A DNA stretch of 46,966 bases from a virus. The translations under genes and the position numbers were made by a program. This document shows, one piece after another, positions 1 through 9,188 of this stretch (its first letter is position 1; every line of letters starts with the position of its first letter). The stretch is from the IMG/VR virus record IMGVR_UViG_3300032204_000004. The stretch is one strand, 5' to 3'. A model generated the notes under the pieces. It was not told where the DNA came from. It did not search any database and was given only the letters and a program-made list of their open reading frames with translations.

Positions 1-55
1 GATGAATACCGGTACCGGTTCGAATTGTGGGTCAAGCACAACCGCCCTCACTCCT
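1..55. repeat. terminal direct repeat copy 1 (identical to 46912..46966); circular closure or assembly overlap
   Basis: gatgaataccggtaccggttcgaattgtgggtcaagcacaaccgccctcactcct occurs at both window ends. An ORF reads through the junction in frame. Confidence 0.95.
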
Positions 56-193
56 GCACAAAACGTAACGTCATCTGCGCCGTCCGCAGATCACATCGAT
101 TTCGCAAGTATTCAAACTCCGCAAAGTGTCGCGCTTTGCGTTAACCCCAGCGTAAACACCATTGCCGCTCAGGTGTTTTACTCACAATTCTAG
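2..193 (+). CDS. 3' part of junction-spanning gene (continues 46694..46966); secreted beta-rich protein, about 136 aa in total
   Basis: The peptide MNTGTGSNCGSSTTALTP at 2.. matches the last codons of the open ORF at the window end. The frame is preserved across the 55-bp repeat. Confidence 0.8.
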   Translation: MNTGTGSNCGSSTTALTPAQNVTSSAPSADHIDFASIQTPQSVALCVNPSVNTIAAQVFYSQF

Positions 194-202
194 GAGACTA
201 AA

Positions 203-724
203 ATGGCTCGATGGAAATTAGCCTGCGCTCACTATCTCAATCTTACCGATTCGGCCAAGTGGGAATATTCGGAGGTTGATCGTCAAACTGGTCGGCCGAA
301 GAAGCGCGTGTTCAACGTCCCTACGCTTCTTGATCCGCAAGACCCTGCTTCGTGGAATAACGTCGTTGGCCGTGATGATGGAGAGATCATTGTCACCAAT
401 GATCCGAACTCGGATAACCGGGATTACATTTTCATTGGCAAACCCACCCCAGACATGATCCCGCTGGATGATGAAGCCAAGAAGCAATCGTCCGAACTGG
501 CAACCTATGTGCCGAACCAAGAAGGCCAGAACGGCGATGCGCTGATCCAGTCCTTCCAAGCTGAGATGGAAAAAATCCGCGAGACGCAATCGCAGCCGCA
601 GAAGATCGAAGGCGTTAGCGAACTGCTGACTGCTATCACGCAAATGATGGCGCAGAACCAGCAGATGATGACAGCTATGATTGGTGATAAAAGTGCTGCT
701 AAAAGTGAAGGACGCAGAGTCTAA
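203..724 (+). CDS. hypothetical virion-module protein
   Basis: ATG follows AGGAG (193..197). 173-aa ORF. Its stop overlaps the next start (TAATG). Confidence 0.7.
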   Translation: MARWKLACAHYLNLTDSAKWEYSEVDRQTGRPKKRVFNVPTLLDPQDPASWNNVVGRDDGEIIVTNDPNSDNRDYIFIGKPTPDMIPLDDEAKKQSSELATYVPNQEGQNGDALIQSFQAEMEKIRETQSQPQKIEGVSELLTAITQMMAQNQQMMTAMIGDKSAAKSEGRRV

Positions 725-1218
725 TGGCTCTAGACTTAGATAAATCTGGGCGTATTCCGCAAACAGTAGCGACCTATCTCGGTCCTACTGTTGGCTGGAA
801 ATATACCGACGCGCCTACGGATATCGAGTATGTGATCGGCGGTAGCACTGACACCTTTGGCATCGGGTATAAAGGTGGCCTCCTAATCCCAGACTGGCTT
901 GTAATCAACAATTGGTTCATAACCTCTCCCAATCCCGGTTCAATATCCATCGACGTATGGCTAGTTAGCCAAGCAAACCTTCTTACTGGTACCGTTCCTT
1001 CTGCCGCCAATTCAATCTGTGGTGGTAACTATCCAGTCCTCACCAACCAAACTGCGGCGTCAGGGCCACCCACAGGTTGGAATACTAACAACGGTCCGAG
1101 TGTACCTCTCACGCAGATCAACCAAAATGACTTCCTTGGTTTCAACGTGAGATCAACCTCCAACCTAACCCTCGTCACATTTGTCTTACAATGTGTGCGA
1201 GTCATTGGCCCTTCATAG
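724..1218 (+). CDS. hypothetical beta-rich protein, possible member of the local paralog set
   Basis: TAATG coupling to the previous gene. 164 aa, rich in G/T/S/N. The C-terminal strand pattern (LGFNV..TLVTFVLQC) resembles its neighbours. Confidence 0.65.
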   Translation: MALDLDKSGRIPQTVATYLGPTVGWKYTDAPTDIEYVIGGSTDTFGIGYKGGLLIPDWLVINNWFITSPNPGSISIDVWLVSQANLLTGTVPSAANSICGGNYPVLTNQTAASGPPTGWNTNNGPSVPLTQINQNDFLGFNVRSTSNLTLVTFVLQCVRVIGPS

Positions 1219-1231
1219 AAAGGTATGCCTT

Positions 1232-1720
1232 ATGGCACAATACTCCTTCAATAACACCAATGCGGGAACGCAGCAGAATCTGTCGTCCTCGTTTAAGACT
1301 ATCAACCTTGTTACCGCTGCGACTGGTGCAACCACCCTTCGCCGTGGCTGGATTTACGAACTCGAGGTCGGTGCTGACAACGTCCCGAACGCAACGGATT
1401 GCCCAATCAATTGGGACATCTCGTCGCAGACGGCAGCGGGCACCATCACCTCCAACACCCCAAACCCAATCGATCAGGGTGGCGGTGATGCTGCAGCGCT
1501 TTTGACCTATGGTTCAAACGCAACGGCCGAAGGTACGATCACAGCCAACTCGTCGGTATTCTACCTTCCACTGAACCAGCGCGCTACGCAACGCTGGATC
1601 GCTCGTGATCAATCTTCGTGCTTGATTGTTGCGGCGGTCAACCTTAAGGGATTTGCACTCCGCGCAAAATCTCCGAACTACGCCTCGACGGTTGGCGCAA
1701 CCATGTTTGTTCAGGAATAA
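1232..1720 (+). CDS. hypothetical beta-rich protein, paralog-like to 46072..46692
   Basis: Track ORF 1181..1720 trimmed to ATG 1232, which follows GAAAGG. The C-terminus (SSCLIVAAVNL...ATMFVQE) parallels QQICINLNAV...NMFWTEQ. Confidence 0.7.
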   Translation: MAQYSFNNTNAGTQQNLSSSFKTINLVTAATGATTLRRGWIYELEVGADNVPNATDCPINWDISSQTAAGTITSNTPNPIDQGGGDAAALLTYGSNATAEGTITANSSVFYLPLNQRATQRWIARDQSSCLIVAAVNLKGFALRAKSPNYASTVGATMFVQE

Positions 1721-1729
1721 GGAGCTACT

Positions 1730-2011
1730 ATGACTGTCACTCTTGAAACTCGCCAACAGGCTTATGACAAGGCCAAGAAAGCGTATGATGATGCAGTAGC
1801 GGCAAATAAGAAGCTGCCGCGTTCACAGCGCGCACCGCTGCCTGATCTTCCAGAGCCTCTGGTTATCCCAGCCGATGGCATTGCGTCGAAAGACGTAAAC
1901 GCTACTGATGTTCGTGCCGTTGATTCGGACACTGGCATCTCTAGCGGTTGGAGCAAGTCCGAAGCAGAAGCCAAGGATGCGCTTTCGAGCGCAATTCTGG
2001 ACGCTCAGTAA
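1730..2011 (+). CDS. hypothetical protein
   Basis: AAGGAG lies 6 nt upstream of the ATG. 93 aa. Its stop overlaps the next start. Confidence 0.65.
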   Translation: MTVTLETRQQAYDKAKKAYDDAVAANKKLPRSQRAPLPDLPEPLVIPADGIASKDVNATDVRAVDSDTGISSGWSKSEAEAKDALSSAILDAQ

Positions 2012-2310
2012 TGCTACGGGCCGAAGGCTATAGCATCATCACTTCCCCCGGTGAACGTGACAAAGAACACGACACGTTCACCTGTGCCCATTGTAACGCA
2101 ATCACCTTCACCAAATCGGGGCTCAACGGCCCGTTAGAGGTGGCTGTGATTAAGGTCGATGGGTCGGTTGAGATGAAACCTGCCGCCTTTTGCCGCAACT
2201 GTTTCCGTCACATCTGCCCTAGGTGTGACGGAAAGGATTGTGTTCCGCTTATGAAGAAAATCGAATGCGAGGAAGTTCAATCTCGCAAGCTGCTCATGCC
2301 TTGGGAATGA
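2011..2310 (+). CDS. Cys-rich (zinc-ribbon-like) small protein
   Basis: Track ORF 1948..2310 trimmed to ATG 2011 (TAATG overlap). Contains CAHC ... CRNCFRHICPRC ... C motifs. Confidence 0.6.
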   Translation: MLRAEGYSIITSPGERDKEHDTFTCAHCNAITFTKSGLNGPLEVAVIKVDGSVEMKPAAFCRNCFRHICPRCDGKDCVPLMKKIECEEVQSRKLLMPWE

Positions 2311-2311
2311 G

Positions 2312-3079
2312 ATGTTCGGAAACGATCAATTTACCACTACCCTACTTCACTGTGATGGGGCTAATGGTGGTACAACCTTTACTGACAATTGTGCGGGCGT
2401 AGCGGCTCACAGCTGGTCGCGTGTTGGTACGCAATCCACAACGGACACGTCTCAATTTGTATTCGGCACAGCATCACTTCGGGCTGCGACAGCCAATGCA
2501 CAGATTGCGACAGGATACATAAATACAGCTTCTAGTACTGATTTTGACGTAGGTTCGGGAGATGCTACTTGGGACTATTGGATTCAGTTTAACGGAACCG
2601 GTGATGCCGGTACTAATGGTATTAGCTTTTTTCAGAAATGGGGTGTAGTAGGCCAACGCTCATTTAGTCTTGCATTTTTCAGTGGCAATTATCAGTTCAA
2701 CTGGACCACTGATGGAAGCACAACCAAGACGACATCTTACGCAGCCTCTACTCCCTCAACAGGTCAATGGTATCATCACGCTTGGGTGCGAACTGCTGGG
2801 GCGGTCAAGTTTTATCTAAACGGCACATCACTAACCTCAGCTGGAACTGCGATTAGCACAGATGTAATCTTTGCTAGCACTACTGCCTTAGGCTTTGGCG
2901 GAGGTGCAGGTGGCGGTTGGGCTTCGACTAATGGTTGGCTTGATGAAGGCCGCTTGTCAAAAGGCACCGCCCGATGGACCGCAAACTTCACCACACCAAA
3001 TGAACCCTATGACGTTCCCGTATTCCAACGTCCTTGGTGGTGGGATTATGATACCGGTGTACAGCAGGTGTCATATTGA
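2312..3079 (+). CDS. LamG / concanavalin A-like lectin domain protein (candidate receptor-binding protein)
   Basis: The pattern HCDG..TTFTD, DATWDYWIQF, QWYHHAWVR, VKFYLNG, WLDEGRLSKG is typical of Laminin_G_3 jelly-roll proteins. Confidence 0.6.
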   Translation: MFGNDQFTTTLLHCDGANGGTTFTDNCAGVAAHSWSRVGTQSTTDTSQFVFGTASLRAATANAQIATGYINTASSTDFDVGSGDATWDYWIQFNGTGDAGTNGISFFQKWGVVGQRSFSLAFFSGNYQFNWTTDGSTTKTTSYAASTPSTGQWYHHAWVRTAGAVKFYLNGTSLTSAGTAISTDVIFASTTALGFGGGAGGGWASTNGWLDEGRLSKGTARWTANFTTPNEPYDVPVFQRPWWWDYDTGVQQVSY

Positions 3080-3852
3080 AACAGATACAGCATCAGACTA
3101 GCCTCACCACGCTACCAGTACCTACGGCAGCGACGAATACCAACGCCGGTATTCCGTGGATGGTTGCGTGGACGCCACCGTTCTTCCCGAAGAAGATGCC
3201 ATCGCAGTTGATGCAGACTGAGATGGAGGTGTTGACACCTGATACATTACCTGCTGGTATCTCTGGTATTGCTTGGATGAAAGGTTGGGAGCCGCCATAC
3301 TTCCCGTTGCGCGTTAAGCCTGAGCTAATGCAATCGGAAATGGAAGTGTTAACTCCTGACACACTTCCAGTTCCAAATTCTGGTCTTTCTTGGTGGCGCC
3401 CATTCGATCAACCTGACCAGCGCAAGGTTCCAGTTCAGCTAATCCCAACCGAAGCTAAAACACTCTACCCCGGATCGTTGCCTCCTCCTATTTCTGGACA
3501 CGCTTGGAACCGTAAGTGGGAGGATCCATATTTCCCAAAACGGGTGAAGATTGAGTTGATGCAAACTCAAGCCTTCCCAACACCTCCATCGACGCTCCCA
3601 ACCAAAATCGCTGGTATGGCTTGGCGTGTTGCGTGGGAGCTACCGACATATAAATGCTACGATCAATTTGGCCTTCAATTCAACTTCCGGGTTAACTTCA
3701 TCCCATCCAACGTTCCATCGGCTTGGTGGTACGCACCATTCGATCAACCGAAACAGGTTAAGGTGCCTGTTGAATTACAAATGACTACGGTGCAAACTCT
3801 ACGTCCATATCCATACCAATTCGCGCGTGGATATATCATAGGACCAGCTTAA
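3076..3852 (+). CDS. tandem-repeat protein (5-6 copies of a ~39-aa W/P-rich unit)
   Basis: TTG start overlaps the previous stop (TTGA) and follows AGGTG. Repeat units: G(I/L)(A/S/P)W..(A/G/K)W(E/T)PP(Y/F)FP...(E/Q)LMQ(T/S)EMEVLTPDTLP. Confidence 0.7.
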   Translation: MKQIQHQTSLTTLPVPTAATNTNAGIPWMVAWTPPFFPKKMPSQLMQTEMEVLTPDTLPAGISGIAWMKGWEPPYFPLRVKPELMQSEMEVLTPDTLPVPNSGLSWWRPFDQPDQRKVPVQLIPTEAKTLYPGSLPPPISGHAWNRKWEDPYFPKRVKIELMQTQAFPTPPSTLPTKIAGMAWRVAWELPTYKCYDQFGLQFNFRVNFIPSNVPSAWWYAPFDQPKQVKVPVELQMTTVQTLRPYPYQFARGYIIGPA

Positions 3853-4223
3853 TGTCAGAAGAAAAGACCCTTGATGTAAACGCCGTGATTTTGCGGGAAT
3901 TGGTCACAATCCGCAAACTTGTCAGCGAAGCCCTATTCGCCATGCGCGAAGCTGAGGCTGAGGTTCCAGAAAAGATGCGACGGTTTATCATGTACATGCA
4001 CGATATGCATGACGTGAAGAATCTCTACGACGAACATGGCCTTCCGTGCCCCGGCCACGTCCTCCGCGAAGTCGAACGCTGTGACGATCGCCTGCGCCAA
4101 ATTCTCGAGAGCCTCCACACCGACGGAGGTGCATTTGAGAAGGTCCGCGCCGAAATGGCCAAGGACCCGAATAACCGCTACGAGCACACCCGGCAACTAG
4201 CCAAACCACAGGAGCCAAAATGA
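3852..4223 (+). CDS. hypothetical protein
   Basis: TAATG coupling. 123-aa helical, charged ORF. Confidence 0.65.
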   Translation: MSEEKTLDVNAVILRELVTIRKLVSEALFAMREAEAEVPEKMRRFIMYMHDMHDVKNLYDEHGLPCPGHVLREVERCDDRLRQILESLHTDGGAFEKVRAEMAKDPNNRYEHTRQLAKPQEPK

Positions 4224-4423
4224 AACAGGGTCGAGCAACTACCTCAATGGTTGGGTCAACCAAAGTTGAGCCCAAATCTCGCGCCGTCAATCCCGGTGCA
4301 GTATCGGAGATCGGCATTCATCAAGTCCGCACCACATCACTCCCGATGTATGAAGGCCGCGGACTTGAGGCGCCGATGAAGAGCGAGACGAGTTATAACA
4401 AAGGTTCACAAGGCAAGCACTGA
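4220..4423 (+). CDS. hypothetical small protein
   Basis: ATGA overlap with the previous gene. AGGAG upstream. 67 aa. Confidence 0.55.
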   Translation: MKQGRATTSMVGSTKVEPKSRAVNPGAVSEIGIHQVRTTSLPMYEGRGLEAPMKSETSYNKGSQGKH

Positions 4424-4434
4424 AAGGATCAATC

Positions 4435-4644
4435 ATGGACTATGAACAAGTAAAAGCTTTGCTCTATATCTGGGCAAATACCTCTGGGCATCCGCCGCTC
4501 AAGTATATCAACGCGGCTGCCATTGCTGAGTTGAAAGAAATCAATGACTCGTTCGCGCCAAAGAATTCGGCAACTCAGGCAATCCCGTCGGCAACTGAAA
4601 CAACTGATGAAACGGATGACGACGAAGGAGATGATAATGAGTAA
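4435..4644 (+). CDS. hypothetical small protein with acidic C-terminal tail
   Basis: AAGGA upstream. 69 aa, ending TDETDDDEGDDNE. Confidence 0.55.
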   Translation: MDYEQVKALLYIWANTSGHPPLKYINAAAIAELKEINDSFAPKNSATQAIPSATETTDETDDDEGDDNE

Positions 4645-4831
4645 CGATATCCTCAGCGAATACGGCAACGATAGCGGTCCGGGTCAAGGTCCGCGCGCAA
4701 CCAATGGTGGATGCCCAGAGGTTAAACCGCTGGCCTATTCTCCTCCAAAAGGTCCAACGGGCCAGATGCAGGAAGGACCCGGAATTCACGGTACCAACCA
4801 CGGAAATTGTGGAACACAAGGACGCCGCTAA
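4637..4831 (+). CDS. hypothetical Gly/Pro-rich small protein
   Basis: Track ORF 4544..4831 trimmed to ATG 4637, which lies 6 nt after GAAGGAG (4624..4630). Confidence 0.5.
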   Translation: MSNDILSEYGNDSGPGQGPRATNGGCPEVKPLAYSPPKGPTGQMQEGPGIHGTNHGNCGTQGRR

Positions 4832-5926
4832 ATGACCACCCCAACAGACATTGTCAATCGAGCGCTACAGGCGATCGGCACTCGTACAACAGTGACTGAT
4901 GCGGAACTAGCGGGCAATCTCACCAACGAAGCCATTCAAGCAAATCTTATCATGAATACCCTTCGTGATGATTTGCTTCGAATGGCTCCTTGGGATTGCG
5001 CCCTTAAGGTAGCGAATATCACCTATATCACCTCTGCGCCGGGAACGCCAGAGAACTCTTCTCCACAAACCCAACTTTGGCAACCGGGTCAGCCCGCACC
5101 TCCTTGGGCTTATGAATATCAATACCCCGTTGATTGCCTCCGCGCTTGTTGGATCATTCCCACCAACCAACTTGGGTATGGCACCGGAGTGCCTATCACA
5201 ACCGCTGTAACGGGCGCCGCCACGAGTTTTTGGCAAGGGCCGCCGGTGCGGTTCAAAGTTCAAACCGACCAGTTCTACCCTGTTACGGCTGCGGCTGTGG
5301 CTAATGGCGGCTCGGGATATAACGTTGGTGATATCTGGACTGGTGCCCGCGGTATTAGCGGCAACCCACCAATCGGCGCTCCGGTTCAGCTTCTAGTCAC
5401 GTCCGTTGGCGGCGGTGGCGTTATCACTGGCGTTACGGTTGTCAACGTGATTATGGACGCCACTATTACCGGAGGCGGTTCATACTTTGCGCGTCAAGCT
5501 AACCCCGTAGCGCAGGGATCGACATCTAGAAACGGCTCTGGCGCAACCTTCAACCTGACCTTCGGCGCGGCACAAATTAGCCAGCGCGTTATTCTCACCA
5601 ATCAAGAATTTGCTACGCTAACGTACATTCAACAAGTTAGCGATCCGAATGTGATGGACAAGCTATTCCAAACAGCTTGGTACAAAATCCTTGGCGCATC
5701 ACTTTCCCGCACATTCACCGGAGATAAAAAACTCGCGAACGATCTTATCGAGGAAGCTAACGGCACAATTACCGAAGCGCGTTCGATTGACGCAAACGAG
5801 GGTTATACCGTTAATGATGTAACGCCTGACTGGATTCGGGCGCGGGGCCTAAACTACACCGAAGGCTATACCAGCGGTCCATACACTGGCTATGATTGGG
5901 GCGGTCTCTGGCCGTTGTACCTCTAA
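4832..5926 (+). CDS. tail tubular protein A / head-tail adaptor-like protein
   Basis: The N-terminus (IVNRALQAIGTRTTV...NEAIQANL..LRDDLLRMAPWDCA) follows the T7 gp11-type pattern VN.IL..IGE..V....A....L....R....W.F. Lies directly upstream of the large nozzle-like gene. Confidence 0.45.
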   Translation: MTTPTDIVNRALQAIGTRTTVTDAELAGNLTNEAIQANLIMNTLRDDLLRMAPWDCALKVANITYITSAPGTPENSSPQTQLWQPGQPAPPWAYEYQYPVDCLRACWIIPTNQLGYGTGVPITTAVTGAATSFWQGPPVRFKVQTDQFYPVTAAAVANGGSGYNVGDIWTGARGISGNPPIGAPVQLLVTSVGGGGVITGVTVVNVIMDATITGGGSYFARQANPVAQGSTSRNGSGATFNLTFGAAQISQRVILTNQEFATLTYIQQVSDPNVMDKLFQTAWYKILGASLSRTFTGDKKLANDLIEEANGTITEARSIDANEGYTVNDVTPDWIRARGLNYTEGYTSGPYTGYDWGGLWPLYL

Positions 5927-8772
5927 TGTCGCAACTCGGAATTCAGGCATCCTTCAATTCCGGTGAGTGGGCACCAAGCCTTCGCGCTAGAGTGGACTTG
6001 CAGAAGTATCGCTCGGGCGCCGCAATTCTCGAGAACTTCTTCGTCGACTATCGCGGTGGTGCTAGTACTCGTGCGGGCACTCGGTATGTTATTCAAGCAT
6101 ATAAATCCGCAACGGCTGTTAGGCTAATCCCTTTCCAAGCCTCGTTTACGGTGAACTATGTTTTAGAATTTGGCGACAAGTATATTCGGTTTATCAACAA
6201 CGGTACGCCTATTCTAGAAACCGCAATCGCTGCGACCGGCGCGACCAATGCCAACCCCTGTTCAATATCGATAGTCGCACCTTGGAATGTTGGCGATTGG
6301 GTCTATGCAGCTAGCTTTGTTGGCATCACGCAACTAAACGGGAATTACTATCAAATCCTCTCCAATAGCGGTACGGCTGTAACCCTAGGGGATTTGAATG
6401 GCAATCAAATCGACTCCACACTCTATGGCGCCTATGTTAGTGGCGGAACTCTTTCGCGCATCTACACCCTCCAATCCCCATACGCTGCCGCAGATTTGAA
6501 GCTGATAAAATTCGCGCAGAATGTTAGCTCCTTAATCCTCTGCCACCCAAATTACAACCCCTATGTTTTAACCCTCGTCACCTCCGCGAATTGGACGTTG
6601 AACCAAATTCAGTTCGGGGCCACGGTTACATCTCCGACAGGGCTTAGCATAGGTTCCAATTTAGGCACGTTGGGCTCAGGTGTTTGGACCTATAGCTATG
6701 TCGTTACCTCTGTTGATGCCACTGGACAAGAAAGCCCGCCATCTGCGGTGATTACTCTTGCACAACGCCCGTATCTTGGAACTGCAACGAGTGGAGAGAT
6801 AAATATCTCATGGTCCGCCGTAGCGGGTGCACAGAGCTACAACATATACAAAGCTCTTCCATTATCTAATCCAACGCCACTAACCGGTCAAGCCTACGGT
6901 TATATTGGCAACACCACTGGAACGACGTTTTACGAAAACTATCCGGGGATAGCGGCGAACTTTAACATCACCCCACCCATCGCGCAAAATCCATTCTTCG
7001 GCGCGGGCGTCGCTTCGGTCACGTTAACCAACCAAGGCACTAACTATCTAGTTGTCCCAACAGTTGCCTTTAGTGCCAGCCCAGCAGGGTCCACCGCTAT
7101 CGGCGCCGCAGTTATGCAAGCCTATGCGGTTAGCGTTGGTTCGTCGTCTAATGGATGGAATGTTGGGGATCAGGCCATTGGACCGAATGGCATAGTCCTC
7201 ATCGTTGCTTCCGTTTCGGCTCCGGGAGGTACGGTTTCGTCCTTTCAACCACTTTCCTATCCGGGGTCAAATCCGGGTTCTATGACCACGACGGCGCAAC
7301 TTGTAACTCCCATTTTGGTTAGCAATGCTAATGGTAGTGGTGCGGTGGCCAGCGTTAATACCCAATATCAAATCGCAAACATCCTAATCACCAGCCCCGG
7401 TTCGGGCTACTCAGCCGCACCTACTGTAACCTTTGGAACAGCGCCCGGTGCGGGTACTGCGGTGCTACAGGCGACCACCGCGCTAAATCCTGCTGTGCCG
7501 GGGTTCTATGCGCAACGCCTATTCCTTGGTGGTCCAACGGCCAATCCGCAACAGTTCTACATGAGCCAAACGGGATCGTACTATAACTTCAACGTCAACA
7601 ATCCCATCCAAGCGAACAATGGCCTCTCCGGTACGCTCATCTCTGGTCAGCTAAACACAATCAAATCCGTTGTACCAATGCCTTCCGGGCTCATCGTCCT
7701 ATGCGATCGCCAAGCATGGTTGATCAACGATGGCTCAGCTAAGTCTGGTGTTGACCCAATCAACATCGTTGCGAACTCTCAAGCATACAACGGCTCGGCC
7801 AATCTACCGCCGATTGTTGCGAACTTTGATATCCTCTACGTTCAGGCTAAGGGTTCGATTGTTCGCGATCTAACGTATAATTTCTACACCAACATCTTCA
7901 CCGGTACCGACATCACTGTCCTATCCTCACACCTATTCTATGGCTATACACTCCAAGAATGGGCATTCTGTGAAGAGCCGTTTAAGGTCGTCTGGGCCGT
8001 ACGCAACGATGGCGTTCTCCTCTCCCTAACCTTCCTCAAGGAGCAAGAATTCCTTGCATGGACACATCACAAAACTAATGGTCTCTTCAAATCCGTCTGC
8101 ACCGTAACGGAACAGGTTGCGGTGGGTTCGGTTGATGCCCTCTACACCGTAGTACAGCGAGTGGTCAATGGTAACACAGTTCAATACATCGAACGTATGG
8201 CCGAACGATACTTCCCAAATGGAGTTGCCGATGCTTGGTGCGTTGACGCAGGAATCCAATACATCGGTGCCCCAGCCACAAACTTCAGCGGCGCAACCCA
8301 CCTTGCAGGACTCACCGTTACCGGAGTTGCTGACGGAGCAATTATACCTCCCTTTAAGATGCCCACAAACGGGAGCTTTACTCTTCCAACCGCTGCCGCA
8401 AAAGTAACGGTTGGGATTGGCTACACCTGCACCCTTCAAACCCTGCCTATCGATATGGGTGAGCCTACGGTTCAAGGGAAGATAAAGAAAATCCCCAACG
8501 CCACGGTTAGGGTTGCGGATACTCTTGGCCTATCAATCGGAAGCACCCCAACTACTACCGTTCCGATGAAGGATTTGATCATCGGAAATGTTAGCTCTAT
8601 GCTTACTGGACAGGCTTCACAAATCGTTACCGGCCTCGTTGACGGCGATGCGCGAACGTTTATCGACTCCTCCTACACCGTTCCGGGGCAATACTACATA
8701 ATCCAATCAAACCCCTACCCCGCATCAATTCTTGGCGTGTTTCCGAACTATGTTCCGGGAGATGAAAAATGA
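5926..8772 (+). CDS. tail tubular protein B / nozzle-like large structural protein
   Basis: Track ORF trimmed to ATG 5926 (TAATG overlap). 948 aa. The N-terminus (FNSGEWAPSLRARVDLQKYRSGAAILENFFVDYRGGASTRAGTRY) is typical of podovirus tail-tube B-like proteins. Assignment is also positional. Confidence 0.5.
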   Translation: MSQLGIQASFNSGEWAPSLRARVDLQKYRSGAAILENFFVDYRGGASTRAGTRYVIQAYKSATAVRLIPFQASFTVNYVLEFGDKYIRFINNGTPILETAIAATGATNANPCSISIVAPWNVGDWVYAASFVGITQLNGNYYQILSNSGTAVTLGDLNGNQIDSTLYGAYVSGGTLSRIYTLQSPYAAADLKLIKFAQNVSSLILCHPNYNPYVLTLVTSANWTLNQIQFGATVTSPTGLSIGSNLGTLGSGVWTYSYVVTSVDATGQESPPSAVITLAQRPYLGTATSGEINISWSAVAGAQSYNIYKALPLSNPTPLTGQAYGYIGNTTGTTFYENYPGIAANFNITPPIAQNPFFGAGVASVTLTNQGTNYLVVPTVAFSASPAGSTAIGAAVMQAYAVSVGSSSNGWNVGDQAIGPNGIVLIVASVSAPGGTVSSFQPLSYPGSNPGSMTTTAQLVTPILVSNANGSGAVASVNTQYQIANILITSPGSGYSAAPTVTFGTAPGAGTAVLQATTALNPAVPGFYAQRLFLGGPTANPQQFYMSQTGSYYNFNVNNPIQANNGLSGTLISGQLNTIKSVVPMPSGLIVLCDRQAWLINDGSAKSGVDPINIVANSQAYNGSANLPPIVANFDILYVQAKGSIVRDLTYNFYTNIFTGTDITVLSSHLFYGYTLQEWAFCEEPFKVVWAVRNDGVLLSLTFLKEQEFLAWTHHKTNGLFKSVCTVTEQVAVGSVDALYTVVQRVVNGNTVQYIERMAERYFPNGVADAWCVDAGIQYIGAPATNFSGATHLAGLTVTGVADGAIIPPFKMPTNGSFTLPTAAAKVTVGIGYTCTLQTLPIDMGEPTVQGKIKKIPNATVRVADTLGLSIGSTPTTTVPMKDLIIGNVSSMLTGQASQIVTGLVDGDARTFIDSSYTVPGQYYIIQSNPYPASILGVFPNYVPGDEK

Positions 8773-9188
8773 GAACGGTTGTGGATCGCCTTTCGGCAGA
8801 TGAACTTTTAGGCTTGATTTCTCCCACGATCTTATCCACAATGTCAGATGAAGCCCAAGAGATTATGCGCCGATCGATCTATAATTCAGATATGATCTGG
8901 TTGGGGACGGTGGATAATAAGATACTCGGTTTCTGGGGATTGGTAGTGCCTACGCTTCTAAGTCAGCAAGCCTATCTTTGGCTCTACAGCATCCCCGATC
9001 TCGAGAACCATGTGTTTCTATTTGTGCGCCATTCGCAACGCGTTGTGCAGAATATGTTGAAATTATACCCACGGATAGTTGGGCACTGTGTTGTGGGTGC
9101 GGATAAATCGCATCGGTGGCTAGAATGGCTGGGCGCAAAGTTTGGCGAACCGCAAGGCAAGTTCCTTCCTTTTGAGATAACAGCATGA
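8769..9188 (+). CDS. hypothetical protein, positional analogue of T7 gp13; possibly GNAT-like fold
   Basis: ATGA coupling. 139 aa. The RWLEWLGAKF-type C-terminus is the only hint of a fold, so this call is weak. Confidence 0.55.
   Translation: MRTVVDRLSADELLGLISPTILSTMSDEAQEIMRRSIYNSDMIWLGTVDNKILGFWGLVVPTLLSQQAYLWLYSIPDLENHVFLFVRHSQRVVQNMLKLYPRIVGHCVVGADKSHRWLEWLGAKFGEPQGKFLPFEITA

Noticed and set aside
17-31. tRNA-like GGTTCGAAT string.
   Set aside because: It lies inside a coding region and inside the terminal repeat. No acceptor or anticodon arms can be drawn around it.
1181-1231. Extended 5' ends of track ORFs (1181, 1948, 4544, 5896, 24460, 25169, 30399, 31987, 32495, 32959, 36836).
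   Set aside because: In each case a downstream start has an RBS and/or a stop/start overlap (ATGA, TAATG, GTGA) with the preceding gene. The extension would overlap the neighbouring gene.
2312-3852. Diversity-generating retroelement targeting the LamG or repeat proteins.
   Set aside because: No reverse transcriptase ORF exists anywhere in the window. I could see no near-identical template/variable nucleotide repeat pair.
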